In this document: positions 18,374-27,735 of the stretch, one piece after another | Numbering within the stretch: the stretch's first letter is position 1 | Layout of the letters: the number at the start of each line of letters is the position of its first letter | Origin: Patescibacteria group bacterium | GTDB lineage: Bacteria > Patescibacteriota > Minisyncoccia > Ryanbacterales > GWA2-47-10b | Assembly (NCBI GenBank): GCA_038064855.1 | Contig: JBBTSE010000002.1 | Location: forward strand, 72,815 to 136,814 | Direction of reading: 5' to 3' | Length of the DNA stretch: 64,000 nt | Made by a program: the position numbers and the translations under genes | Notes under the pieces: model-generated | What the model saw: the letters and a program-made list of their open reading frames with translations, nothing else | Databases searched by the model: none | Told to the model about the DNA's origin: nothing

Positions 18374-19066
18374 ATGACCCCGCCCCGCCCTGCTGTTATC
18401 ATCTTCATCGGCCCGCCGGGAGCTGGCAAAGGCACACAGGCGACACTTTTTTCTGAATCAAAACCCGGATATCGTCATTTTGACACGGGTCGCGCGATTG
18501 AGCGCGCGCTCTATGATCCAAGGCGAAAAGATGAACCCGAGATACAGCTCGAGCGTGAACGCTTTGAAAAAGGGCTTCTGACAGGTTCGCATTTCAAGAT
18601 GCAGATCATTACTGACGGTATCCAAAAAATAGCACACGAAGGATTCGGTATCATTTTGTCAGGATCTCCGCGCACGAGAGACGAGGCGGAATTTATCATC
18701 CCATTTTTATCAAATCTCTACGGCGATGGGGCTCTGGTGATCGTGCATATCGATGTGCCGGCAGAAGTTTCCATCAATCGTAATTCACGCCGCCGTGTGT
18801 GCAAAAAATGTGGTCAGCCACTCATCTCAAATCCTGAAAATGACGCGATGGATTTTTGCCCCGTGTGCGGAGGCGAACTTATGAAGAGAGTGCTCGACAA
18901 AGAAGATATCATAGAAAAGCGTCTTATCGAGTATATGCGTCACACCAAGGAAATTATCCCCTATGCAGTAGCGCTTGGTGTACAGGTTCTTGATGTATCT
19001 GGCGAAGGGACGCCCGAAGAGATTTGCGAGCGTGTGCAGAAAAAGATTGCAAGTATCAATACATGA
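18374..19066 (+). CDS. adk: Adenylate kinase (zinc-lid type)
   Basis: IFIGPPGAGKGTQA P-loop and a CKKCGQ...CPVCGG zinc lid. Confidence 0.92.
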   Translation: MTPPRPAVIIFIGPPGAGKGTQATLFSESKPGYRHFDTGRAIERALYDPRRKDEPEIQLERERFEKGLLTGSHFKMQIITDGIQKIAHEGFGIILSGSPRTRDEAEFIIPFLSNLYGDGALVIVHIDVPAEVSINRNSRRRVCKKCGQPLISNPENDAMDFCPVCGGELMKRVLDKEDIIEKRLIEYMRHTKEIIPYAVALGVQVLDVSGEGTPEEICERVQKKIASINT

Positions 19067-19824
19067 AAATAAAAAATGATGCACAACTCGCGAGTCTTCG
19101 AGAAGGTGGTAAGCGCCTTGCCGCGGTTCTTTTAGCCGTGCGTGATCGGGTAGCGCCCGGTGTTACTACTGGTGCGCTTGATTGTCTTGCTGAAGAGTTA
19201 ATAAAAAAATCAGGAGGGACGCCATCGTTTAAAAACTATCAAACCGAAGGGACAAAGATGAAATACCCCGCGACGCTTTGCGTATCAGTAAACGATGAGG
19301 TGGTGCACGGGATTCCGGGCGAGCGGATTTTAGTAGAGGGTGATATTGTAGGTCTTGATATTGGTATGCAGTACGAGGGCATTTTTACTGACACGGCGAT
19401 TACGGTACCCGTTGGCAATATCTCTGACGACAAAAAGAAATTGATCGAGGTTACTCGCCGCGCCCTCGAGCTTGGTATCGGTGTCGTGCATGATGGCGCG
19501 CATATCGGTGACATTGGTGAAGCAGTACAAACCTATGTAGAAGGTGAGGGATTTGGCGTGGTACATGAACTTGTAGGACATGGTGTGGGTGATAAGGTAC
19601 ACGAAGACCCTGAAATCCCCAATTGGGGTGAGCGTGGCACACGCGAAGTTTTATCAGAAGGCATGGTCATCGCGCTCGAACCCATGGTGACTTTGGGTTC
19701 GCCAAAAATCAAAGTGAGCAAAGACGGTTGGGTGTGGTCAACACGCGACAAAAAGCCCGCCGCACATTTTGAACACACTATTTTAGTAACCAAAAACGGC
19801 GCCGAGATTATCACTATTATTTAG
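19063..19824 (+). CDS. map: Methionine aminopeptidase type I
   Basis: Pita-bread fold motifs (DIVGLDIG, HGVGD..HE, ALEPM) and a 4-nt overlap with adk. Confidence 0.93.
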   Translation: MKIKNDAQLASLREGGKRLAAVLLAVRDRVAPGVTTGALDCLAEELIKKSGGTPSFKNYQTEGTKMKYPATLCVSVNDEVVHGIPGERILVEGDIVGLDIGMQYEGIFTDTAITVPVGNISDDKKKLIEVTRRALELGIGVVHDGAHIGDIGEAVQTYVEGEGFGVVHELVGHGVGDKVHEDPEIPNWGERGTREVLSEGMVIALEPMVTLGSPKIKVSKDGWVWSTRDKKPAAHFEHTILVTKNGAEIITII

Positions 19825-19847
19825 GTGTTTGTGTTACGATTAGATCA

Positions 19848-20426
19848 ATGAAAAGTAGAGTGAGGGGGTCACTTCTTTTTGGGTGCTTCGGTCTTCTGTC
19901 CGGGCTGATCTCGTCGGTTGGGCTGGTAGTTTTGAATCTGGATATATTTAAAAGCTTGGATTGGGCAGATCTATATCCTATTTATGTTCCAGGGTTTATA
20001 TTCGGTATCGTAATGGCGATGCCATTTTTATTATATAAGAGACGATTCAATGCCCGCTCCATCATCCTTTGGATTATTGGTTCCGGGGGTGCATACATGA
20101 TCGCTTATTGTTCTGTCATTTTGCTTTATTTTGCGGAAATTCCTCTTTCGTTGATTATGTTTTTTATTGCAGGTTGTGTTGGGGCAATGTTCATGTTGAC
20201 CGCATTCTCATACTGTCTTGTAAAAATAAGACCGATCCCATTTTTATTACTCACTACTCTTGGCGGAGTTCTTGCGCTTTCTTTTTTGACTGATATTCAT
20301 ATTCTTTTCCTAAAAAGTGTCTTCTCCGAATACGGTGTACTTTACATTGTTTGGCAAACAGGGATGGCATCGGCAATTGGCTGGACTATTTGTCCTAGTG
20401 AAAATGCTCAAGTAAAAAATGGTTGA
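19848..20426 (+). CDS. Hypothetical membrane protein (about 6 TM segments)
   Basis: Hydrophobic throughout, with no family match. Confidence 0.4.
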   Translation: MKSRVRGSLLFGCFGLLSGLISSVGLVVLNLDIFKSLDWADLYPIYVPGFIFGIVMAMPFLLYKRRFNARSIILWIIGSGGAYMIAYCSVILLYFAEIPLSLIMFFIAGCVGAMFMLTAFSYCLVKIRPIPFLLLTTLGGVLALSFLTDIHILFLKSVFSEYGVLYIVWQTGMASAIGWTICPSENAQVKNG

Positions 20427-20824
20427 TCATGACTCGTTTTCTCGGTATTGATTATGGTGGGAAGCGCGTAGGACTCGCGCTTTCTGATGATGCGGGCACG
20501 ATGGCGTTTCCGCATAAAATCATTGAAAATACCAAGCGGCTCGTAGATGATATTGGTGATTTAGTAAAAAAAGAAGAGATTGCATGCATTGTAGTGGGCT
20601 TACCGCGTGCTCTCGGTGATATGCACGATACTGATATGACTGCCACGGTGCGCGCGTTTGCAAAAGATCTCGAATCGCTCGGTTTGCCTGTCGAGCTTGA
20701 AGATGAATTTTTGTCGTCGAGTGAGGTAACGCGGCAGGGGGGTACCAAGGGCGCGATTGACGCGTCAGCGGCCGCCATTATCCTCCAAAGCTACTTGGAG
20801 CGGCGAAAAAATATGCTACTATAA
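20423..20824 (+). CDS. ruvX: Putative pre-16S rRNA nuclease / Holliday junction resolvase-like YqgF (RuvX)
   Basis: FLGIDYGGKRVGLALSD...IVVGLP is the YqgF/RuvX RNase H-like pattern. Confidence 0.85.
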   Translation: MIMTRFLGIDYGGKRVGLALSDDAGTMAFPHKIIENTKRLVDDIGDLVKKEEIACIVVGLPRALGDMHDTDMTATVRAFAKDLESLGLPVELEDEFLSSSEVTRQGGTKGAIDASAAAIILQSYLERRKNMLL

Positions 20825-20829
20825 GGGAC

Positions 20830-21564
20830 ATGGAGCCCTATCTTTCAGTTATTATACCCGCATACAACGAAGAAAAACGCATTGGCATTACTCTTGCAGC
20901 TATAGAAAAGTGGCTCAAAGCGCAGTCATTTTCTTGGGAGGTTATTATTGCTATTGATGGCGCAAAAGACGGCACTGCTGGTGTGGCACAGACGTTCGCG
21001 TTGGGCAAAGACAATGTTCGCGTCATTGATCGTAAGCAAAATCGCGGCAAGGGGTATACGGTGCGCGAGGGGATGCTCGCCGCCCGCGGGCAAGTTCGTC
21101 TTTTTACCGACGCTGACAATTCGACCGACATCGGGCATTTTGCCAAGATGAAGCCACTCTTTGATGCCGGCAAAGATATCGTTATCTGCTCGCGTGATGC
21201 CAAAGACGCGCCAGGCGCGAGGCAAGCCGTACCCCAACCGTTTGCAAAACGCATGATGGGCGATTTGGGCAATCTCTTTATTCAGATTGTTGCTGTCTAT
21301 GGCATTTGGGACACCCAGTGCGGGTTTAAGGCATTTAATAAAAAAGCAGCAGAGAAAATTTTTACCGTTTCTAAAATTGACAGGTGGGGGTTTGATATTG
21401 AGGCGCTCGCACTTGCGCGGCATTTTAGTTTTTCGATCGCTATTGTTGATGCGTATTGGGTCAATGACACGGCGAGCCATGTAAAACTTTCAGGATACAT
21501 CGGCGTACTGTGGGAGACGGTCAAGATTCGGTGGGGGCTTATCACGAGACAGTACGACAAATAA
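20830..21564 (+). CDS. Family 2 glycosyltransferase (DPM1/GtrB-like)
   Basis: LSVIIPAYNEE... and a DAD motif (FTDADNSTD) typical of GT2. Confidence 0.85.
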   Translation: MEPYLSVIIPAYNEEKRIGITLAAIEKWLKAQSFSWEVIIAIDGAKDGTAGVAQTFALGKDNVRVIDRKQNRGKGYTVREGMLAARGQVRLFTDADNSTDIGHFAKMKPLFDAGKDIVICSRDAKDAPGARQAVPQPFAKRMMGDLGNLFIQIVAVYGIWDTQCGFKAFNKKAAEKIFTVSKIDRWGFDIEALALARHFSFSIAIVDAYWVNDTASHVKLSGYIGVLWETVKIRWGLITRQYDK

Positions 21565-21569
21565 TCTTT

Positions 21570-22586
21570 ATGAATCAGTCTTCAGAACTCCGGCAAAATC
21601 CTGTGAGCGGAGACTGGGTGCTCGTAGCTCCTGGTCGCGCGCATAGACCCAACCAATTCAATCTTGATATTGGCAAACCAACGCCAAAAAAAGATTGTCC
21701 CTTTGAAGATCCGCAAAAAGCAGACAATGGCGAACCACTTATATGGTATGGGCAGGACGGTGAGCGCGGGGAGGGATCAATAGCAAAAACATGGGCACTG
21801 CAGGTGATCCCCAATAAATATCCGTTGGTTACCAAACATCATGGTATCTGCCCTGTGCCGCCCGGTGAAGGACTTGTACGCAATATGTTAGCGGTCGGTT
21901 TTCATGAAGTAGTAATCCCACGCGATCACAATACTTTTTTGGCGGACATGAAACCAGAACAAGCAGAGCTCATGGTGCGCGCGTATCAAGATAGAATCTT
22001 GGCGCACAAAGATGAAGACTGTTTGAATTATGTTTTAGTGTTTCATAATCATGGGGCGGCATCGGGCGCATCCATTTGGCATCCGCATTCGCAGATTTTG
22101 GCGTTGCCGTTTGTACCACATGATGTGTTGCGGTCAATCGAAGGATCCCGCGCGTGGTTTGAGAAAAAAGCTACCTGCGTGCATTGCGAGATTATTGAAG
22201 CAGAAGAAGTTTCCGGCGAGCGCCTCGTGTATCGCAACAACGAGTTCGTGGTGATGACACCCTATGCGCCACACGCGTCTTTCGAGCTTCGCATTTTTCC
22301 TCGAGCGCACAATTCACATTTTGAAGAAATAACCGAAGAACAGCGGCTCTATCTTGCCGACGCGCTCACCGCGGCGCTTCGCCGTCTCAAAAAAGTCATC
22401 GGCGATGCGTCGTACAATTTTTTTATTCATACCGCTCCTGTCGACAGGCAAGATTATCGTTACTATCACTGGCATGTCGAAATATTTCCCAAGACATCTA
22501 CACTCGGTGGGGTAGAACATGGCGCTGGCATCCGTGTAGTCGAGGTTTCACCCGAGGCGGCGGCGGAATATTTACGGGCGGCATAA
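21570..22586 (+). CDS. Galactose-1-phosphate uridylyltransferase-like HIT-superfamily protein
   Basis: HPHSQIL (HxHxQ) motif, CxxC and HCEI motifs, and length and architecture of GalT. Confidence 0.75.
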   Translation: MNQSSELRQNPVSGDWVLVAPGRAHRPNQFNLDIGKPTPKKDCPFEDPQKADNGEPLIWYGQDGERGEGSIAKTWALQVIPNKYPLVTKHHGICPVPPGEGLVRNMLAVGFHEVVIPRDHNTFLADMKPEQAELMVRAYQDRILAHKDEDCLNYVLVFHNHGAASGASIWHPHSQILALPFVPHDVLRSIEGSRAWFEKKATCVHCEIIEAEEVSGERLVYRNNEFVVMTPYAPHASFELRIFPRAHNSHFEEITEEQRLYLADALTAALRRLKKVIGDASYNFFIHTAPVDRQDYRYYHWHVEIFPKTSTLGGVEHGAGIRVVEVSPEAAAEYLRAA

Positions 22587-22590
22587 TAAT

Positions 22591-23343
22591 ATGAAAAAAC
22601 TCATCGTAGCCAATTGGAAAATGAATCCCGTGGATAAGGGGAGTGTAGTAAGCTATTTTTCACAACTTGCGCGCGCTAAAGCAGCACTCAAGCATACTGA
22701 TGTAGTGATAGTGCCTCCATTTCCGTATCTTGCACTTACCCCGCGCTCAAATTCTTTTGCGCTTGGCGCGCAGGATATTTTTTGGGAAAAGGACGGTGCG
22801 TATACTGGTGAAGTATCAGGTCCGATGCTCAAAAGTCTCGGAGTACAATATGTCATCATCGGTCATTCGGAGCGACGGGCGTTGGGCGAGACTGATGACA
22901 TGATTGCCAAAAAAATACGCCGCGCGCTCGACACCAAACTTACTCCCATTCTATGTGTCGGTGAAGACGCACGCGATCCAGATGGCATTTTTTTCTCGGT
23001 TATTCGCGGGCAGCTTGAGCGAGCGCTCTTGCTTGTAAAGCAAGCGGAGGCGGGGCGTTTGGTGATTGCTTACGAACCTCTGTGGGCGGTGGGCGCGGGA
23101 CACAAAGCGGCGACTCCTAAAGATGCCGCAGAGGCAGCGCTTTTTATTAAAAAAACGGTAGCCGCACGATTTGGCTCGGCACGCGCCAAATCGCTCCGCG
23201 TTTTATACGGCGGGTCTACCTCACCGCAAAATGCCGCGAGTTTTCTTGTCGAGCGTGATATCGCGGGGCTGTTGGTGGGTCGCGAAAGCCTTAACCCCAA
23301 ATCATTTATAGCGATACTCCAATGCGCCAATACCAATTCGTAG
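22591..23343 (+). CDS. tpiA: Triosephosphate isomerase
   Basis: IVANWKMN, IIGHSERR and AYEPLWAVGAG motifs. Confidence 0.95.
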   Translation: MKKLIVANWKMNPVDKGSVVSYFSQLARAKAALKHTDVVIVPPFPYLALTPRSNSFALGAQDIFWEKDGAYTGEVSGPMLKSLGVQYVIIGHSERRALGETDDMIAKKIRRALDTKLTPILCVGEDARDPDGIFFSVIRGQLERALLLVKQAEAGRLVIAYEPLWAVGAGHKAATPKDAAEAALFIKKTVAARFGSARAKSLRVLYGGSTSPQNAASFLVERDIAGLLVGRESLNPKSFIAILQCANTNS

Positions 23344-24467
23344 ATATACCAAAAAATCTTCGGGGCAAGACGGCACTTGTGCGTGTTGATTTCAACGAGC
23401 CGCTCAAGGGTGGCCGTATCAAAGATAGTTTTCGCATCAAGCACACCGTGCCTACTATCAAACTATTGCGGGCACGCGGTGCGCGCATCGTGCTTCTCGC
23501 GCACATTGAAGATGAGAAAAAGCATCAGCTTTCATTTAAACCGCTCACGCGTGAGATCGGGCAAATGCTCGGCGCGCCCGTTACTTTTGACGCTTCGTAT
23601 GATGCAGAAAAGATCCGAATGCTCGCGGAAAAAAATATTGTACTGCTCGAAAATATCCGTTTTCATAAAGGTGAAGAAAAAAATGATCCACAGTTTGCCC
23701 GTCTGCTCGCATCATTTGGTGATCTCTATATAAACGAAGGATTCAGTGTCTCTCATCGTGATCATGCGTCAATCGTTGGTGTCCCAACATATCTCGCGTC
23801 GTATGCGGGCCCTCTTTTTCGGCGCGAGGTAGAAAAGCTCTCACATGTACTCAACCCCTCAAAACCTTTTTTGGTGATAGTGGGCGGGGCAAAATTTGAT
23901 ACCAAGTTTGCGCTTCTCAAAAAATTTGTACCGCGTGCAGACGCGGTATTTGTTGGCGGCGTGCTTGCCAATACTTTTTTGGCCGCACATGATTTGGAGG
24001 TAGGTAAATCTTTGTACGAGAAAAAAGCGTTGAGAGATATTCAAAAGCACTTTTTATTGTCTAAAAAAATCATATTGCCATTTGATGTGCGTTTGGGAGA
24101 CAAGGGTAGGGTAGAGAGCGCGTTCGAGATCGGTAAAAATGATTGTATCTATGATATTGGCCCCCAGACCATCGCAGTACTTGGGGATATTGTGCGTACC
24201 GCCAAAACTATTTTGTGGAACGGCCCGCTAGGTTATTTGGAAGGCGGGCACGATCAGGGAACACGCGACTTGTTACGATTACTTGCGCGCGCAAAGGGCA
24301 AAGTTATTATTGGCGGCGGTGATACGCTCGAAGTACTCGACCAGATGCGTATTGGTAAAAGTTTTTTCCATGTTTCTACTGGAGGTGGTGCCATGCTCGA
24401 CTTTTTGGCCGACGGCACCTTGCCAGGTATTGATGCGCTTCGCAAAAGCAAGGCGCGCGTGGGATAA
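23322..24467 (+). CDS. pgk: Phosphoglycerate kinase
   Basis: RVDFNEPL, IVGGAKFDTK and ILWNGPLG motifs. Confidence 0.95.
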   Translation: MRQYQFVDIPKNLRGKTALVRVDFNEPLKGGRIKDSFRIKHTVPTIKLLRARGARIVLLAHIEDEKKHQLSFKPLTREIGQMLGAPVTFDASYDAEKIRMLAEKNIVLLENIRFHKGEEKNDPQFARLLASFGDLYINEGFSVSHRDHASIVGVPTYLASYAGPLFRREVEKLSHVLNPSKPFLVIVGGAKFDTKFALLKKFVPRADAVFVGGVLANTFLAAHDLEVGKSLYEKKALRDIQKHFLLSKKIILPFDVRLGDKGRVESAFEIGKNDCIYDIGPQTIAVLGDIVRTAKTILWNGPLGYLEGGHDQGTRDLLRLLARAKGKVIIGGGDTLEVLDQMRIGKSFFHVSTGGGAMLDFLADGTLPGIDALRKSKARVG

Positions 24468-24474
24468 TACTAGT

Positions 24475-24954
24475 ATGTTTCAGACCATTCACCCCAACCG
24501 TTGGTTTTTCTGGGCCGTAGTGCTACCTATCATGGTAGCACTCGGTCTTTTGTGGGCGATTACGGATTTTTCTATCAGCCAAGAATATGAGTTTACTGGC
24601 GATGAGCTTTTTTATTCACTTCGCGCAAAGCGCAAACACCCAGCACCACAGCAACAAGTTGGCACTGCGCGGACCGAACTCGAATGTACGGATCAGGGTG
24701 GTGATTGGGGATTTTTTGGTGATACGATTGTACGCAGGTGCAATGTAAAGACCGCTGATGCGGGAAAAGCGTGCAGCGATTCGGCCGAGTGTCAGGGCGA
24801 TTGCGCGGCAAGTCTTTCGGTGCGTGACAAAGAGACACTCTCATCAGGGCAAGCTCTATTTATGGAGGGGCAATGCTCTACACAGACTTTAAGTTTGGGG
24901 TGCAATTATTTTGTGCGCCAAGGGCAGGTCAAAGGCCTTCTCTGCGTCGATTAA
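24475..24954 (+). CDS. Hypothetical secreted/anchored Cys-rich protein with an N-terminal HPNRWFFW motif
   Basis: MFQTIHPNRWFFWAVVLPIMVALGLLW anchor followed by a Cys-rich domain of about 10 Cys. Confidence 0.5.
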   Translation: MFQTIHPNRWFFWAVVLPIMVALGLLWAITDFSISQEYEFTGDELFYSLRAKRKHPAPQQQVGTARTELECTDQGGDWGFFGDTIVRRCNVKTADAGKACSDSAECQGDCAASLSVRDKETLSSGQALFMEGQCSTQTLSLGCNYFVRQGQVKGLLCVD

Positions 24955-24971
24955 TAGTGTAAAATGGATAT

Positions 24972-25613
24972 ATGATCTTGCTCAAAACCCTTCATCCCAA
25001 TCGCTGGTTTCTTTATTTTATTCTTGTCGCATTTGCGATTTTACTCGTTGTCTACTATGCGGCGCAGACATATCTTATAGAAGAAGACACAAGATATTTC
25101 GACCAGCCAGTAGGAGTCACCGGTACCACGCCCGCCCACAACGCGGACGATGTTGTCAATACTGCAGGCTGGAAGACTTATCGTAACGAAGAGTATGGGT
25201 TTATGTTTAAGTACCCAGAAGCATATGAATTCGAACAAGAAGCCATTGATGATACAAAAGAAGGACTTCCAGTAAAAGGAGTATCAATATTTCTCCAGAC
25301 TGATGAGAAAACAGTAGGGTATGATTTATCAATGGATATTATTCTTATAACAACGCCAGGGTTTAACCTATTTCAGAAAATAGTTGATGACGAGGTGAAT
25401 CAAGCCGGTTTTTGGGATCATTGCGATTCAAAAATATTATTAGGCAAAACGGCTTATGATTGTAAGCCGGATTCAGGCCCATTTATTGGAGAACGAGAAG
25501 TGCTTTTTCGTCTCGAACAAAATAAAGTTCTTTCTGTCACAATAGATCCAGGCAATGATAGAAGTTCGGAGGTCATTCTCTCCTCCCTCACCTTTTTCGA
25601 GCCCAAGAAATAG
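24972..25613 (+). CDS. Hypothetical anchored protein with an N-terminal HPNRWF motif (paralogous N-terminus to the previous gene)
   Basis: MILLKTLHPNRWFLYFILVAFAILLVVYY and no known domain. Confidence 0.5.
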   Translation: MILLKTLHPNRWFLYFILVAFAILLVVYYAAQTYLIEEDTRYFDQPVGVTGTTPAHNADDVVNTAGWKTYRNEEYGFMFKYPEAYEFEQEAIDDTKEGLPVKGVSIFLQTDEKTVGYDLSMDIILITTPGFNLFQKIVDDEVNQAGFWDHCDSKILLGKTAYDCKPDSGPFIGEREVLFRLEQNKVLSVTIDPGNDRSSEVILSSLTFFEPKK

Positions 25614-25628
25614 TGCTATACTGCCCAA

Positions 25629-26414
25629 ATGCGGCATATTGATGGCAACGATTTTAAAGAAAAAAACGGCTACGAGATAGGGGGGCGGTGGTATCCGCGC
25701 GTCACAAAAATCCTCGAAGTTAAGTCAAAGCCAGCACTCCAAAACTTTTTCCGCGAGATGGGTTCCTTTGAGGCCGCTGAAGCTGTCAAAGAAAAGTCAG
25801 CGCTTGAGGGAACACTCGTGCACGAGACAGTGCAAAAGTTGGCGGTAGGCGAGAAGGTGACTATCCCCAAATCAATAAAGCCAGCGGTCGATAAGTTTCA
25901 AGAGTTTTACGAAGAGCGGAAGATTTTTTTCCACCCCGCATATATTGAGCAGCAGGTTTGGTCAGGGCGTCAGCGCTACGCAGGGACTGTTGATGCTCTA
26001 GCAGAGATTGATGGCAAGTTTGGTGTACTCGATATCAAAACTTCTACAGGGTTTTATCCTGAATACAATTTGCAGACAGCAGCGTATGTGCAGGCGCTCC
26101 AAGAGTATGATGTAAAGCTTGCTCTCAAATTACCACGCCAAATTGAGACGCGATGGATCTTGCGTATCGATCAGCACAAAGTATGTACGCTGTGTGGGTC
26201 AAAACTGCGTGAGAAAGGTGGTCGGGCCAAGATTCGCCCCAATGGTAAAAAGACTTGTGAAGAAGATCGGCATGATTGGGGTAAGGTAGAGGGTGTTGTC
26301 GAGATGCGCGAGTTCCCATACTATTTCAATGATATGAAAGCGTTTAACGCCGCCAAAACTCTGTGGGAGTGGGAAAACAATTATTGGTTGCGCCAGGTAG
26401 GATATTTGTCATAA
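25629..26414 (+). CDS. PD-(D/E)xK nuclease, RecB/Cas4-like (QxxxY motif) with inserted Cys cluster
   Basis: GTVDALAEIDGKFGVLDIKTS (D...D-I-K) followed by QTAAYVQAL (QxxxY), plus CTLCGSK...C. Confidence 0.6.
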   Translation: MRHIDGNDFKEKNGYEIGGRWYPRVTKILEVKSKPALQNFFREMGSFEAAEAVKEKSALEGTLVHETVQKLAVGEKVTIPKSIKPAVDKFQEFYEERKIFFHPAYIEQQVWSGRQRYAGTVDALAEIDGKFGVLDIKTSTGFYPEYNLQTAAYVQALQEYDVKLALKLPRQIETRWILRIDQHKVCTLCGSKLREKGGRAKIRPNGKKTCEEDRHDWGKVEGVVEMREFPYYFNDMKAFNAAKTLWEWENNYWLRQVGYLS

Positions 26415-26421
26415 TACAACA

Positions 26422-27222
26422 ATGGAAAGAGTTGTCTATCTCTTACTAGAACTTGGCATTGTAGCGCTGGTGTTTTATTGGCCCCTTTTCTCTCGGCGTT
26501 TACGAGACAATATTAGAAGCTCTACAAAAGGTATTAAATCGTTTTATGTTTTTGCGTTGCTTCTTCCCATATTGTTTATTGGTGCCTTAGTATTTCTCCC
26601 GCCCGATGGTTACTCAGCCTGTTATCTAGCTCGATTGTCAGAGTGGCAAAAGTGGTCAAATATTTTACATCAGATTAAATATTATATTTACTTTTTACCA
26701 GTTATCACCCTTGTACTCGCAGTATTTTTGCTAATTTATACCACGCTGAGGGGTGGTAAAGATGGCAGGCGAGTAGTTGAACATATCATATATATAGTTG
26801 CTCTGCTAAGCATATTTTCTTTTTTGACATTTGTTGCCAATGCGAGTTGCGGCCATGATTGTCAGATAAAGAGAACTCTTTCTTCATTACGCACAACTAT
26901 GGAGCTTTATTACGATAGTCATGGAGCAAAATACCCTATCGTACATGGTAATACTCCAGCAGAAAGATGGGCTGGACTTGAAATTGCCTTAGGTCAAGAC
27001 TTGCCCGACCATATCTGTTATTCGCAGCATGGAGAACCGAAATTTCAGTATGATTACAAGGGGAGAGAAAATCCTTCACAGTGGGTTGCTTCGGGGTTTC
27101 TCAAGAATCCATTTGAAAGATCTAGTAGCGGTGAGCTACTTAACCAATGGTGTGTTGACTCCGAGGGTTTTTCGCGCCCTATTGTTGGCAAGGAGATAAA
27201 GGGTTTCAATTGTCCAAATTAG
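26422..27222 (+). CDS. Hypothetical membrane protein with a C-terminal extracellular Cys-containing domain
   Basis: Five or six hydrophobic helices, then a ~130-aa domain with 4 Cys. Confidence 0.4.
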   Translation: MERVVYLLLELGIVALVFYWPLFSRRLRDNIRSSTKGIKSFYVFALLLPILFIGALVFLPPDGYSACYLARLSEWQKWSNILHQIKYYIYFLPVITLVLAVFLLIYTTLRGGKDGRRVVEHIIYIVALLSIFSFLTFVANASCGHDCQIKRTLSSLRTTMELYYDSHGAKYPIVHGNTPAERWAGLEIALGQDLPDHICYSQHGEPKFQYDYKGRENPSQWVASGFLKNPFERSSSGELLNQWCVDSEGFSRPIVGKEIKGFNCPN

Positions 27223-27226
27223 ATAT

Positions 27227-27670
27227 ATGAGTAACAAAAAAATCGTTGTCTACACTGACGGGGGGTCGCGGGGCAATCCGGGGCCGGCGGCACTCGGGGT
27301 GGCGTTTGTCGACGAGCGGGGTCAGGTGACCAAGGCATACGGCGAGCCGCTCGGTGTACGGACCAATAACGAAGCTGAATACGAGGCGATTATTTTTGCC
27401 TTCAAAAAGGCAAAGCAACTTTTTGGTAAAGACAAAACAAAAACGATGCACATCGAGGTGCGCATGGACTCAGAGCTTGCGTGCCGCCAGCTCTGTCATG
27501 AATACAAAGTGGAAAATGAAAACATTATCCCACTCTTTCTCAAGGTATGGAATCTGATGATTGATTTTGGTGAGGTGACTTTCACACATGTGCCACGCGA
27601 GAAAAACAAGGACGCTGACCGCATGGTCAACGAAGCACTTGATAGCGGAGTACAAAAATCTTTACTCTAA
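27227..27670 (+). CDS. rnhA: Ribonuclease HI
   Basis: VVYTDGGSRGNPGPAALG...NNEAEYEA is the RNase H catalytic pattern. Confidence 0.88.
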   Translation: MSNKKIVVYTDGGSRGNPGPAALGVAFVDERGQVTKAYGEPLGVRTNNEAEYEAIIFAFKKAKQLFGKDKTKTMHIEVRMDSELACRQLCHEYKVENENIIPLFLKVWNLMIDFGEVTFTHVPREKNKDADRMVNEALDSGVQKSLL

Positions 27671-27735
27671 AATCCTCAAAAGAAAATTTATACTATTTGG
27701 TGCGCTTGGTTGGAGAACGGATTTGAAATATATTA

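Noticed and set aside
20926-21480. ORF 20926..21480(-), 184 aa, antisense to the GT2 gene
   Set aside because: It is embedded antisense to a gene with clear GT2 motifs and has no features of its own.
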